Shown: positions 43,570 through 52,929 of the stretch, piece after piece | How the letters are laid out: each line of letters opens with the position of its first letter | Position numbering within the stretch: the stretch's first letter is position 1 | Assembly (NCBI GenBank): GCA_038207335.1 | Contig: JBBQZX010000003.1 | Location: 32,001-96,000 of the forward strand | Direction: 5' to 3' | Origin: Chthoniobacterales bacterium | GTDB lineage: Bacteria; Verrucomicrobiota; Verrucomicrobiia; Chthoniobacterales; Chthoniobacteraceae | DNA: 64,000 bases | Made by a program: the position numbers and the translations under genes | The notes under the pieces: model-generated | What the model saw: only the letters and a program-made list of their open reading frames with translations | Databases searched by the model: none | Told to the model about the DNA's origin: nothing

Positions 43570-43883
43570 AGAGCGCTTCCGTCGCCGATCCTCGCAACGA
43601 CTTCGCCTGCTTCTCGCGTTGCATTCCGCAGGGTGAAGAAGTTTCCATTACAGAGCGCGGCGAGGATTTCACCACGTTCTTTCCTGCCGCCGCGAAACTT
43701 CAGAAGAAAAGGAAGAGGATCGTCTGGCCGGACTTCGGCGCGCGAATCTCGCGGCTTGAGGATGATGCGCTCTTGATCGAGCGCAACTGCTCTCCGATCG
43801 GCACACGTACGCAATCAGCGCGCGCGCGTTTTTTACTTTCGACAAAATTCGATCACGTCTTGCGGAAGCGGAGGGGCTGGTAG
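43566..43883 (+). pseudogene. Probably degenerate Phd/YefM-like antitoxin remnant
   Basis: MKSASVADPRNDF...GEEVSITERG...WPDFGAR resembles the prevent-host-death pattern but with disruptive substitutions; no toxin gene follows. Confidence 0.5.
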
Positions 43884-43897
43884 CGCCGCTTTGAGCC

Positions 43898-44470
43898 ATG
43901 CTGCTTTGGCGCGAAAAGATCCCCGATTCGTGGCTGCCGCAGGTGCGCGCGAATATGCCGGCGGTGCTGATCGATCATGCCTACCTCGAGCGCAAGGCGG
44001 CCAATGCGGCGCTGAATCTCGAGAAGTATGACGAACTACGCGATTACCTCGCCGAACTGAACGCCATTGCGATCGAAGAGCTGCAGCACTTCGGGCTCGT
44101 GCTCGACTTGCTGCGCGCGCGCGGGATCGATTTCGGCGGACCTCACCGGAGCCCGTGGATTTCCGGCATGATGGCGGAGGTGCGGCGCGGGCGGCGCGAG
44201 CAGGCGATCGATCACCTCGTCGTCTGTGCGCTCATCGAGGGGAGGAGCTGCGAAAAATTTCAGATCCTCGCGGCAGGCGTACGCGACCTCGATCCAGGAC
44301 TCGCGGATTTTTACGCGAGCCTCGTCGAGAGCGAGGGGAATCACTACGCGGCGTACCTCATAATGGCGCGGCACATCGACCTGCCGGAGACAGAGCGGCG
44401 GCTCGATTACTTTCTCGATCTCGACGCACGCCTCATCCGCGAGCCGAATCCCCGCGCGATGCTGCACTGA
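43898..44470 (+). CDS. miaE: tRNA-(ms2io6A) hydroxylase MiaE-like ferritin-fold protein
   Basis: DHAYLERKAA, EELQHF, ALIEGRSCEKF, SEGNHY, C-terminal MLH. Confidence 0.9.
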   Translation: MLLWREKIPDSWLPQVRANMPAVLIDHAYLERKAANAALNLEKYDELRDYLAELNAIAIEELQHFGLVLDLLRARGIDFGGPHRSPWISGMMAEVRRGRREQAIDHLVVCALIEGRSCEKFQILAAGVRDLDPGLADFYASLVESEGNHYAAYLIMARHIDLPETERRLDYFLDLDARLIREPNPRAMLH

Positions 44471-44484
44471 AGCGGCTTTGAGGC

Positions 44485-45846
44485 CTATTGCCGCGAGTCG
44501 GCGAGCTCCGTATCGCGCGCGAGGTGGCGCGTGCCCCAGAGCCAGAAAATGCTCGCAACGACCATCATCGCGGAAACCGTCAGGAAACCGGCGTTCATGC
44601 TCCAGTGGCCGGCGATCCATCCGATGAGCGGAGGCGAAATCGCGTCTCCCAGCGCATGGATCGCGAGGATATTCAGCGCGAATGCGGTCGCGCGCGTGGC
44701 AGCGGGTGCGACGTTTGCGAGCGCGGTGTTCGAAGGGCCGGTGTTGAAGAAAAGGAAGAAGACCGCCAGGAAAATGAGGCCCCACGAAAGTGGGAATGGC
44801 GTCCACAGCATTGCCACCGTCGGCGGGAATGCGCAGAGGATGCCAATGCCAGAGACAAGGAAATATGAGCTGGGGAACCGTTTCCGCAGGCGATCTCCGG
44901 CCCATCCGCCCGCCAGCGTGCCGAGCAAACCGGCGACGACCGTCACAGCTCCGAACGTGAAATTCGCCTTCGCTAAAAGCTGGCTCCCAGCCGCCTCTCC
45001 CGCCGCTTTGTCCGTTGCCGTCGCTGTCACCGATTTCGCGGCCTCGATAGCCGCCGCATATTGTGGAAAATCGGCCGCGCGATTCTCCGAGATGTAGCTC
45101 GGAATCCAGAAAGCCATACCGCCGATTGCGAATGTCATCGCGGCCATCGCGGCGGTGTTCAGCACGTAGCTCGGGATGCGGAAAAGGGCGAGATAATCGT
45201 CGAGGCTCGCGCGCTTCACCGGCTGCGAAGCCTGTGCAGGAGATGATCTCCGTGGATCACGCATGAAAAAGCAGAGCGCCGTGAGCAGGAGCCCCGGCGG
45301 CACGACGAGGTAGAACGCCAGGCGCCAGCCCCACTTTGCCGCGACCGCTCCTCCGAGCACATATCCGAGTGCGCTGCCCACCGGGATCGCGAGGTAGAAG
45401 AGCGAAAGCATCCGCCCTCGGCGCTCCACCGGATACAAATCCGCGATGATCGTGGGCGCGGCTGGACCGTATCCCGCCTCGCCGACGCCGACGAAAAGCC
45501 GCGTTACCACCAGCACCGCGAAAGTCGCCGCGAGCCCGGTCCAGCCGCTCGCGAGGCTCCACAGCGCGACACTCGCTCCGATCAGCAGCCAGCGCGAGCA
45601 TCGGTCGGCGAGCCATCCGAAGACCGGTGCCATCACCATGTAGCTCACCAAAAACGCCGTCGCCAGCGCGCCTGTTTTTCCCATCGCTGACGGGTCATCC
45701 GCGGCGAAAAACGAGCGCCGTAAATCCGGCTCGACCGCTGCGAGGATCATGCGGTCGATGTAGTTGAAAAGATTGATCGCCAGAAGCAGTGCCACCGCGC
45801 GACCTGCGCCGGGCGCGATAGCGATTTTTGACGGTGTTTCGTTCAT
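44485..45846 (-). CDS. MFS transporter, Spinster-like
   Basis: INLFNYIDR in TM1, GWLADR, RLFVGVGEA, APTIIADLY, IPVGSALGY, HALGDAISP. Confidence 0.85.
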   Translation of the reverse strand: MNETPSKIAIAPGAGRAVALLLAINLFNYIDRMILAAVEPDLRRSFFAADDPSAMGKTGALATAFLVSYMVMAPVFGWLADRCSRWLLIGASVALWSLASGWTGLAATFAVLVVTRLFVGVGEAGYGPAAPTIIADLYPVERRGRMLSLFYLAIPVGSALGYVLGGAVAAKWGWRLAFYLVVPPGLLLTALCFFMRDPRRSSPAQASQPVKRASLDDYLALFRIPSYVLNTAAMAAMTFAIGGMAFWIPSYISENRAADFPQYAAAIEAAKSVTATATDKAAGEAAGSQLLAKANFTFGAVTVVAGLLGTLAGGWAGDRLRKRFPSSYFLVSGIGILCAFPPTVAMLWTPFPLSWGLIFLAVFFLFFNTGPSNTALANVAPAATRATAFALNILAIHALGDAISPPLIGWIAGHWSMNAGFLTVSAMMVVASIFWLWGTRHLARDTELADSRQ

Positions 45847-45956
45847 GCGAGCGGAGAACTAGCGGGCATCGGCCTTTGCGGGAAATTGATTCTCCAAACG
45901 GCGGTCCGTAAAATTTCAATTTCGCGATTCGTTTCGCCCCTCCTAGCCTGCATCTC

Positions 45957-48164
45957 GTGTCCAGCAATCCCCAGCCTGCCCTTTCCGAGCGCTTCCTTCG
46001 TGGCCTCGGCGCCATCCTCGCCCGGCTCATCTACCGCGTTACCAGCCGGCATGCCGAGCGGCTTCCGGAGGGCGGATTTCTGCTGCTGCCAAATCACCTC
46101 ACGTACGTCGATGCGCTCGTCCTCCAGCTCTCTTGCCCGCGCCCGATTCGCTTCGTCATCTGGGATGAAATCTACCGCCTCCCGCTGTTCAATCCCATCT
46201 TCCGCGCGGTCGGTGCGATCGCCATCTCGGCGCGTCACGCAAAGGACTCCATCCGTGATGCCGTCGAACTCATCGAACGCGGCGAAATCGTTTGTATTTT
46301 TCCCGAGGGCGAGCTCTCTCGCAGCGGCATCCTGCTGCGGCTGAAACGCGGTTACGAACTGATCGCGCGCGGCGCGGATTGCCCAGTCGTCCCCGTCTGG
46401 CTCGATCAGCTCTGGGGCTCCATCTTCTCGTTCGCGGGTGGGAAGTTCTTCTTCAAATGGCCGCGCCACCTGCGTTACCCGGTTACCATCGAATTCGGCG
46501 AACCCATTGCTCCTGCCGACGCCGGCATCGCCACGCTGCGCGCGCGGTTTCTCGAGCTCGGGGAGTCGTGTTTCCAACAGCGCTCCATCCTCCGCACGCA
46601 TGTCGCCGAGGCGTGCGTGCGCGGCTTGAAGCGCGGCCAATTTCACACCGCGCTCATCGACGGTACCGACCACAGCACGCTCTCTCGTGGCACCCTGCTC
46701 GCAGCCGGCATCGCGCTCAGCCGAGTCGTCGCGCGGGATTGTGCGGGGCGGCGCGTCGCGATCGTCATTCCGCCGGGAAAAGGCGCGGTCATCGCGAATC
46801 TCGCGGTGATGCTTGCTGGCAAAGTCCCCGTAAATCTCAATTTCACCGCCGGTCGCAGTGCGGTCGAAGCCGCCATCCGTATCGCGGATATCCGCCACTG
46901 TATCACCGCCGGTATTGTGATGAAAAAGCTCGGAGATTTTCCGTGGCCGGATCACTGCATTCTTTTGGAAAAATCGATGCCCGCACTGAAACTGCGCATC
47001 GCCGCGTGGCGCGTCGCCGCCGCTATCACGCCCGCTGCCCTGCTTGCGCGCATCCTTGGCATCCCGCGCATTGGCGATCACGAGGAGGCGGTCATCCTTT
47101 TTACCAGCGGCAGCAGTGGCGACCCGAAAGGCGTCGTCCTCAGCCATCGCAATCTCCTCGGAAACGTCAGCCAATTCGCGCTGATGCTGAACCTCAGGCG
47201 GCGCGACGCCTTACTCGCGTGCTTGCCGTTTTTCCACAGCTTCGGGTCCACAGTCACACTCTGGTATCCGATCCTCGAAGGCATCCGCTCGGTTACGTAT
47301 CCGAACCCACTCGACCTCGCGAAAAACGCTGACTTGATCGAGCGCTACGCCATCACGCTTTTCTGCACGACGCCCACTTTTCTCCGCGGCTATTTGAGAA
47401 AAACAGAGCCTGCAAAACTCCGCTCACTCGAACTCATCGTTACGGGTGCCGAGCGTCTGCCGGGCGAACTGGCGGACGTTTTTCGCGAGCGCTTTGGAAA
47501 GGAAGTGATGCAGGGATACGGGCTTACGGAGACCTCGCCGGTCGCCAGCGTGAATCTTCCCGAGCCTCCTGCCGGCGATGGTGAACAGGTGCAGCCGAGT
47601 TCTCGACGCGGCAGCGTCGGCAAGCTCGCGCCGGGAATCGCTGCGCGCATCTGCGATCCACAGAGCGATGCGCCACTGTCGCTGCACGAGAGCGGAATGC
47701 TGTGGCTGCGCGGGCCGAATATTTTCGAGGGATACCTCGACGATCCTGCCCGCACGGCGGAGGTGCTGCGCGATGGCTGGTTCAAAACCGGCGACCTTGG
47801 GCGGTTCGACGAGGACGGATTCTTGTTCATTGAGGGGCGGCTTTCACGCTTCTCGAAAATCGCGGGCGAGATGGTGCCGCACGAGACGGTCGAGAGCCGT
47901 ATCGCCGAGCTTTTTGCGCTGCCGGAAGATGAGCGGCTGATAGCGATCACGAGCATTCCCGACACCGCGAAAGGCGAGGCGCTCGTGCTCCTCACTGCGC
48001 GGGACATCGATGCGGGAGAGCTGCGCGAAAAGCTGACCGGCGCGGGGTTGCCGAATCTGTGGGTGCCGAAAAAGGTGCTACGGATCGATACCGTGCCGGT
48101 GCTGGCGAGCGGGAAGCTGGATTTGAAAGCGTGCCAGCAACTCGCGGCGGAAGGCGCTGCGTGA
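45957..48164 (+). CDS. aas: Aas-like acyltransferase / acyl-ACP synthetase
   Basis: NHLTYVD and FPEG (PlsC domain); FTSGSSGDPKG, QGYGLTE, KTGD, RFSKIAGEMV, SGK (AMP-binding domain). Confidence 0.88.
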   Translation: MSSNPQPALSERFLRGLGAILARLIYRVTSRHAERLPEGGFLLLPNHLTYVDALVLQLSCPRPIRFVIWDEIYRLPLFNPIFRAVGAIAISARHAKDSIRDAVELIERGEIVCIFPEGELSRSGILLRLKRGYELIARGADCPVVPVWLDQLWGSIFSFAGGKFFFKWPRHLRYPVTIEFGEPIAPADAGIATLRARFLELGESCFQQRSILRTHVAEACVRGLKRGQFHTALIDGTDHSTLSRGTLLAAGIALSRVVARDCAGRRVAIVIPPGKGAVIANLAVMLAGKVPVNLNFTAGRSAVEAAIRIADIRHCITAGIVMKKLGDFPWPDHCILLEKSMPALKLRIAAWRVAAAITPAALLARILGIPRIGDHEEAVILFTSGSSGDPKGVVLSHRNLLGNVSQFALMLNLRRRDALLACLPFFHSFGSTVTLWYPILEGIRSVTYPNPLDLAKNADLIERYAITLFCTTPTFLRGYLRKTEPAKLRSLELIVTGAERLPGELADVFRERFGKEVMQGYGLTETSPVASVNLPEPPAGDGEQVQPSSRRGSVGKLAPGIAARICDPQSDAPLSLHESGMLWLRGPNIFEGYLDDPARTAEVLRDGWFKTGDLGRFDEDGFLFIEGRLSRFSKIAGEMVPHETVESRIAELFALPEDERLIAITSIPDTAKGEALVLLTARDIDAGELREKLTGAGLPNLWVPKKVLRIDTVPVLASGKLDLKACQQLAAEGAA

Positions 48165-48183
48165 TGCGCTCGCGTCGCTGATT

Positions 48184-48651
48184 TTATGCGGCAACGGCGG
48201 TGCCGAGCGACTCGTGAAATGCGCCGTAAAATTCTTGCGCGCGGGAGAGGCCGCGGCGCATGAGCTGGCGAAGATGGATGACATCATCGAGCGCGACGAC
48301 CATGTCCACGCTGTGCGCGAAGGCCTGCATCTCGTCGTTGGTCGTGAAGCTGGAGCCCAGGAGCACGAGAAACTGCTGGTGACGGTTCGCAGCGGGCGCG
48401 CTGATGGCTTCGGCGAGGAGCGGATTGGTCCTCGCATCGCTGCCGCCAAAGTGCTCGGCGATGATAACCGCGTGGTAGGTGTGCGTGCGCAGTTTGAGCA
48501 GGAGATCGTCGAGCGAGAAGCCGGTGTGGATTTTGTGGCCCACCTCGGAGAGATGCTCAGCGATGAGATTTTGGAGTTCCGGGACATCGACGCAGATGAG
48601 CGCGGTTTTGTCGCCGGGTTGGAAAATATCGAGTCGTGCGGATGCGGACAT
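48184..48651 (-). CDS. Hypothetical protein with degenerate receiver-like alpha/beta pattern
   Basis: TALICVD-helix-strand-helix-AVIIAE pattern; 13 bp downstream of the pilU-like gene. Confidence 0.6.
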   Translation of the reverse strand: MSASARLDIFQPGDKTALICVDVPELQNLIAEHLSEVGHKIHTGFSLDDLLLKLRTHTYHAVIIAEHFGGSDARTNPLLAEAISAPAANRHQQFLVLLGSSFTTNDEMQAFAHSVDMVVALDDVIHLRQLMRRGLSRAQEFYGAFHESLGTAVAA

Positions 48652-48664
48652 TTTTTCGTGAAGA

Positions 48665-49873
48665 TCAGAATTTCAAACGGCTTGGGATCGACATGGGAGC
48701 AGGCGCCGCTGCGGGCGCGGCAATGTCAAGGCGCAGGCCGGTAGGTACGTCGTCTTTATCAAGACCCTGCTTTTTCTTCGCTGCGTCGAGAAAGCGCGTC
48801 ATTCGCGATTTATTGGTGGCGTAACGCGTGGCGATTTCCTCGGTGATCTCGCCGGCCTCGTACGCGCGCCCGAGCGACTGGTCGAAGGTCGTCCACCCGA
48901 ATGTCGCGTTCGATTCGATGATGTCGTAAAACGTGCGCCCTTCCGATTCGCCGAGCGCGATGGCTTCACGGACGCGCAGGTTCGTCCCCATGATTTCATT
49001 CATGAGCACGCGGCCTGGGCTGGAGGCGCGCGGCGCGAGTCGCTGGCTCACGATGAAACGCAGCACTTCGGCGAGGCGGATTCGGAGCTGCGGCTCCTCG
49101 TCGCGGTCGAACATGCCGAGGATGCGCGAGACGGACTGGCCTGCATTGACCGTGTGGATCGTGCTGAGAACGAGGTGGCCGGTTTCAGCGGCGGTGAGCG
49201 CGATTTCAACCGTCGCGCGGTCCCGCATTTCGCCGACGAGGATTATCTTCGGAGCCTGTCGCAGAGCCGACCGCAGGCCATTCGGGAAATCCTCGAAGTC
49301 GCTGCCGAGTTCGCGCTGATTGAAGGTGCTGCGCTTGTGCTGATGGATGAATTCGATCGGGTCCTCGAGCGTCACCACATGCACCGCCTGCGTGAGGTTG
49401 ATCTCGTTCAGCATTGCGGAAAGAGTGGTTGTCTTGCCGCTGCCGGTCGCGCCGGTGACGAGGATGAGGCCATTTCGCTCCCGGCACATCTCCTTGAAAA
49501 TCGGATGCAGCCCCAGTGCTTCGATCGTCGGCATTTCCGTCTGCATCCTCCGCATCACGATCGCAAAATTGCCGCGCTGCTTGAAGATGTTGACGCGGAA
49601 GCGAGCGCCCTCGCGGATGGCGTAGCTGCAATCGCAGGAACCGCGCGTTTCAAGTTCGTGGAGATTGCGGCGATTGTTCCCGATGATGTTCAGCGCGATC
49701 TTCTCGGTCTGGAATCGTGTCAGGGCCTTGATTCGCGGCGCAATGTCGGCATCGCGCAGCTCGCCGAAGGCCTCGACCTGGAAAGGCCGGCCAACGCAAA
49801 AGAGGAGATCGGAGATGCCGGGATGCGTTTCCAGCATCGCAGTGAGGACAGTGTCTAGCTCGGGGCGGCGCAT
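48665..49873 (-). CDS. Type IV pilus retraction ATPase, PilT/PilU family
   Basis: GATGSGKTT, TLEDPIE, ALRQAP..ILVGEMRD, ETGHLVLSTIH. Confidence 0.92.
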   Translation of the reverse strand: MRRPELDTVLTAMLETHPGISDLLFCVGRPFQVEAFGELRDADIAPRIKALTRFQTEKIALNIIGNNRRNLHELETRGSCDCSYAIREGARFRVNIFKQRGNFAIVMRRMQTEMPTIEALGLHPIFKEMCRERNGLILVTGATGSGKTTTLSAMLNEINLTQAVHVVTLEDPIEFIHQHKRSTFNQRELGSDFEDFPNGLRSALRQAPKIILVGEMRDRATVEIALTAAETGHLVLSTIHTVNAGQSVSRILGMFDRDEEPQLRIRLAEVLRFIVSQRLAPRASSPGRVLMNEIMGTNLRVREAIALGESEGRTFYDIIESNATFGWTTFDQSLGRAYEAGEITEEIATRYATNKSRMTRFLDAAKKKQGLDKDDVPTGLRLDIAAPAAAPAPMSIPSRLKF

Positions 49874-49879
49874 GGCTTT

Positions 49880-50959
49880 TTAGTCCTCCCAATCGTCCGG
49901 CGGCGTTTTCAAAAACACGCGGAACTTTTTCTTATCGATCGCCTTCTCGTAAGCCTCCTCCGGCGCGATTTTTGCGGCACGCAGCAGATCCATGATCGAG
50001 TCGTCGAGCGGCTGATTCCCCTTCTTTTTTCCGACCTGCATCATGCCCGGAATCTGGTGTGTCTTACCCTCGCGGATGAGATTCGCGATTGGCGTGTCGC
50101 AGACGAGGACCTCGAGACCGGCGAGACGTCCAGGCTTGTCGATGCGCCGGAAGAGGTTCTGCGCGACGACGCCTTTCAGTGATTCGGAAAGGCTGGCGCG
50201 GATTTGGTTTTGCTGGTTCGCGGGAAAAACATCAATGACGCGGTCGATGGTTTTCGGAGCGCTCGGCGTGTGCAGCGTTCCAAAAACGAGATGGCCCGTC
50301 GCGGCGGCGGTGAGCGCGAGGTCGATCGTCTCGAGGTCGCGCATTTCTCCGACGAGGATGATGTCGGGATCTTCGCGCAATGCCCCGCGAAGCGCGCTGG
50401 CAAAGCCTTTGGTGTGCACGCCGACTTCGCGGTGATTCACCAGCGACTGCTGCGAGCGATGAACGAACTCGATCGGATCCTCGACGGTGATGATGTGATC
50501 TTTGCGATGCAGATTCGCGTAATCGACCATCGCCGCCAGCGTCGTGGATTTTCCCGAGCCGGTCGGCCCGGTCACGAGCACGAGTCCTTTTTTCAGCATG
50601 GCAAAACGCTTGAGAACCGGTGGCAGACCGAGGTCTTCCATCGTGAGCACTTTGCTCGGGATGAGCCGGAAGACGGCGCTGATGCCGGTGCGCTGATTGA
50701 AAAAATTCGCGCGGTAGCGGGCGAAGCCGGGATATTCGTAGCCGAAATCGACGTCGCCGGTTTCCTCGAAGATCTTGATCTTCTGCTCCGGTGCGATCTC
50801 ATAAACGAGCGCCTTGAGGTCGTCATTTTCGAGCGCCGGCATGTCCACGCGGACGAGTTCGCCGTGAATCCGGAGCATCGGCGGATTGCCGGTGGAAAGA
50901 TGAAGGTCAGAGGCGCTCTGCTCCTTCATGAACTTGAAAAACGAATCAATGCGGGCCAT
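49880..50959 (-). CDS. pilT: Type IV pilus retraction ATPase PilT
   Basis: ASDLHL, GPTGSGKSTT, EDPIE, LREDPDIILVGEMRD, GHLVFGTLH, IANLIRE. Confidence 0.95.
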   Translation of the reverse strand: MARIDSFFKFMKEQSASDLHLSTGNPPMLRIHGELVRVDMPALENDDLKALVYEIAPEQKIKIFEETGDVDFGYEYPGFARYRANFFNQRTGISAVFRLIPSKVLTMEDLGLPPVLKRFAMLKKGLVLVTGPTGSGKSTTLAAMVDYANLHRKDHIITVEDPIEFVHRSQQSLVNHREVGVHTKGFASALRGALREDPDIILVGEMRDLETIDLALTAAATGHLVFGTLHTPSAPKTIDRVIDVFPANQQNQIRASLSESLKGVVAQNLFRRIDKPGRLAGLEVLVCDTPIANLIREGKTHQIPGMMQVGKKKGNQPLDDSIMDLLRAAKIAPEEAYEKAIDKKKFRVFLKTPPDDWED

Positions 50960-50999
50960 GCCGCGCTGTCGTAGCTAGCGGGATGCCACGGCGGGGACG

Positions 51000-51087
51000 G
51001 TTGAGAGTTTCGAGTTGAAAGTTGAGAGGTGGAACCTGCTCTTCAGGGGGATTTCCCTCTTTCGACCCTCACCTAACGACTCTCAAC
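51000..51087. repeat. Heptamer-repeat palindromic intergenic element (copy 2)
   Basis: Terminal inverted repeat GTTGAGAGT (51000-51008) / ACTCTCAAC (51079-51087); left arm gttgaga-gtttcga-gttgaaa-gttgaga. Confidence 0.65.
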
Positions 51088-51092
51088 ATTTG

Positions 51093-51782
51093 TCAAAGAA
51101 CCCGCCGTTCGCCGGTTCTCTCGGAGCGCAGGGCGTCGAGCGTCGCGCGGATTTGAGAGAGGAGCTTATCCTGCGTGTATGGCTTTGGGAGGAAGCCGCG
51201 GAGACCTTTCGCGAGCATCCCGCGGAGCCGCTCCTGCTCGGTAAAACCGCTGCTGAGGACGACCGGGACGTTCGGATCGAGTTGGAGAAGTTCGTTGAAA
51301 ACGTCGGAACCATCCATCACGGGCATCGTGAAATCGAGGATGACGAGCGCGATTTCGGAGCCGAGTCGGCGGTAAAGCTCGAGCGCGCGGAATCCATCCG
51401 GCGCGGTCAGCACGCGGTAGCCTTCGCCCGCGAGCATTTCGCCGACGAGGAGTGTGACGAGTTCCTCGTCATCGACGATCAAGACGAGCTCGCGCTCTCC
51501 ATCGGGATTGAGGATGTTGAATTCGCCTCCACTGGGAATGGTAAAATCAGCGCTGAGTACGGCAGACGGTGCGGGTGGATCCGTGACTTGGTGAGCGAGA
51601 CGTTCCGCTATTTCGGATGCCCGCTGGAGTCCGCTGCGGAGGAGCGTGATGTATTTCTCAGATTCCGCGGAGGGCGGGCAGAGCTTGAGCAGTTCGCTGC
51701 TCGAATTCGAGATGACTTGCAGGAAATTATTCAACTCGTTCGCAGTCGAGCGAAGCCATTGAATATCCTCATTTTTCGGCAT
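51093..51782 (-). CDS. Receiver-domain protein with N-terminal His-less HisKA-like helices
   Basis: TANELNNFLQVI N-terminus; REC IVDDE, LDFTMP, SSG, PKP. Confidence 0.85.
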   Translation of the reverse strand: MPKNEDIQWLRSTANELNNFLQVISNSSSELLKLCPPSAESEKYITLLRSGLQRASEIAERLAHQVTDPPAPSAVLSADFTIPSGGEFNILNPDGERELVLIVDDEELVTLLVGEMLAGEGYRVLTAPDGFRALELYRRLGSEIALVILDFTMPVMDGSDVFNELLQLDPNVPVVLSSGFTEQERLRGMLAKGLRGFLPKPYTQDKLLSQIRATLDALRSERTGERRVL

Positions 51783-51953
51783 TGGAGAACGACCGTAACC
51801 AGCTTGAGATCAGACGCTTTCGTCGCGACACGCCCACCAAACGCAGCCCAAGAAAGCGGAAATAATAAAGGAGAACATCCCCAGAGTCAGCATAAGTGCG
51901 CGCGGTAATGCTTCAAACACCTCGAATGCGTCAACACGATTCGTGCCGAATCG

Positions 51954-52400
51954 TCAGATTTTCACGTCGAAGAATTCCGCGAGCACCGTGCGATAGACTT
52001 CACGCTTCATTTCCGGCAGCCACGCGATTTGAAAATCGCCGGGACGAATCCACTGGAATGCCCGGAATTCCGGATGTTCGGTGGCAACATTGATCTCGGA
52101 ATCTTCGCCGCGAAAATCGCACAGGAAGTAGATTTGCTCTTTGCCGTGGTATCCGCGTTTTGTGCGCCCGTCTCCGAATTCGTAGAAGAACGGCCCTTTG
52201 CGCAATACGACGCGATACGCGGTCAGCTGGACGCCAATCTCCTCGAGGATCTCGCGCCCGAGGGCTTCCTCATACGTCTCACCATCATCGACACTGCCCT
52301 GCGGAAATTGCCACGCCTGCGCTTCGTTCACGCGCTCACAGACGAGGATTTTACCGTGCACATTTCGCAGGATCGCCGCGACACTGGAGCGATACTTCAT
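51954..52400 (-). CDS. Nudix hydrolase, RppH-like
   Basis: YRSSV, WQFPQG, Nudix box GSVDDGETYEEALGREILEEIG, HPEF, KREVY. Confidence 0.88.
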   Translation of the reverse strand: MKYRSSVAAILRNVHGKILVCERVNEAQAWQFPQGSVDDGETYEEALGREILEEIGVQLTAYRVVLRKGPFFYEFGDGRTKRGYHGKEQIYFLCDFRGEDSEINVATEHPEFRAFQWIRPGDFQIAWLPEMKREVYRTVLAEFFDVKI

Positions 52401-52414
52401 TTCGAGAAAAAAAG

Positions 52415-52897
52415 ATGAATCGCAGGAACTATGCACTCTCCGCAGCCGCATTCGGCATTGCGCTTTTGATCCACTGCGTGGCGTTGTGGCAACCGGCACG
52501 GCAGGTCAGGCTTCATCAGCAGCATTTGCTTCGTTCGGTGGAAAATCGCGACTGGCCTCGTTTCGAGAGTTTCATCGACGATCACTATTCCGATCGCTGG
52601 GGACATGACAAAAGTTTTGTGACGAAAGAGTCGCGCGAAGTTTTCCGGCAATTCATTTGGGTGACGGTTCAGCAACGGGAGGATGTCATTTCGATGACGC
52701 CGGGCCTCGGAGCGGAGAGCGCACGGCTCGTGATTGCCGGGGCGGGAGGGCCGCTGGGGGAGGCAGTAAAGCAGCGGGTGAACGGGCTCGCCGGGCCATG
52801 CGAATTTCGCTGGAAAAAGGCGGGCTGGAAACCGTGGGAATGGAAGCTCGTGGAGTTCGATCAAGCGGAACTGGAAATCCCGGACGGCTTGTGGTGA
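52415..52897 (+). CDS. Hypothetical protein, N-terminal TM plus NTF2-like segment
   Basis: Hydrophobic N-terminus; 'FIDDHYSDRWG'; no family recognised with certainty. Confidence 0.6.
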   Translation: MNRRNYALSAAAFGIALLIHCVALWQPARQVRLHQQHLLRSVENRDWPRFESFIDDHYSDRWGHDKSFVTKESREVFRQFIWVTVQQREDVISMTPGLGAESARLVIAGAGGPLGEAVKQRVNGLAGPCEFRWKKAGWKPWEWKLVEFDQAELEIPDGLW

Positions 52898-52929
52898 GCA
52901 CGCGGGCAGGGGAGTGCGAAGCGCGAGAG

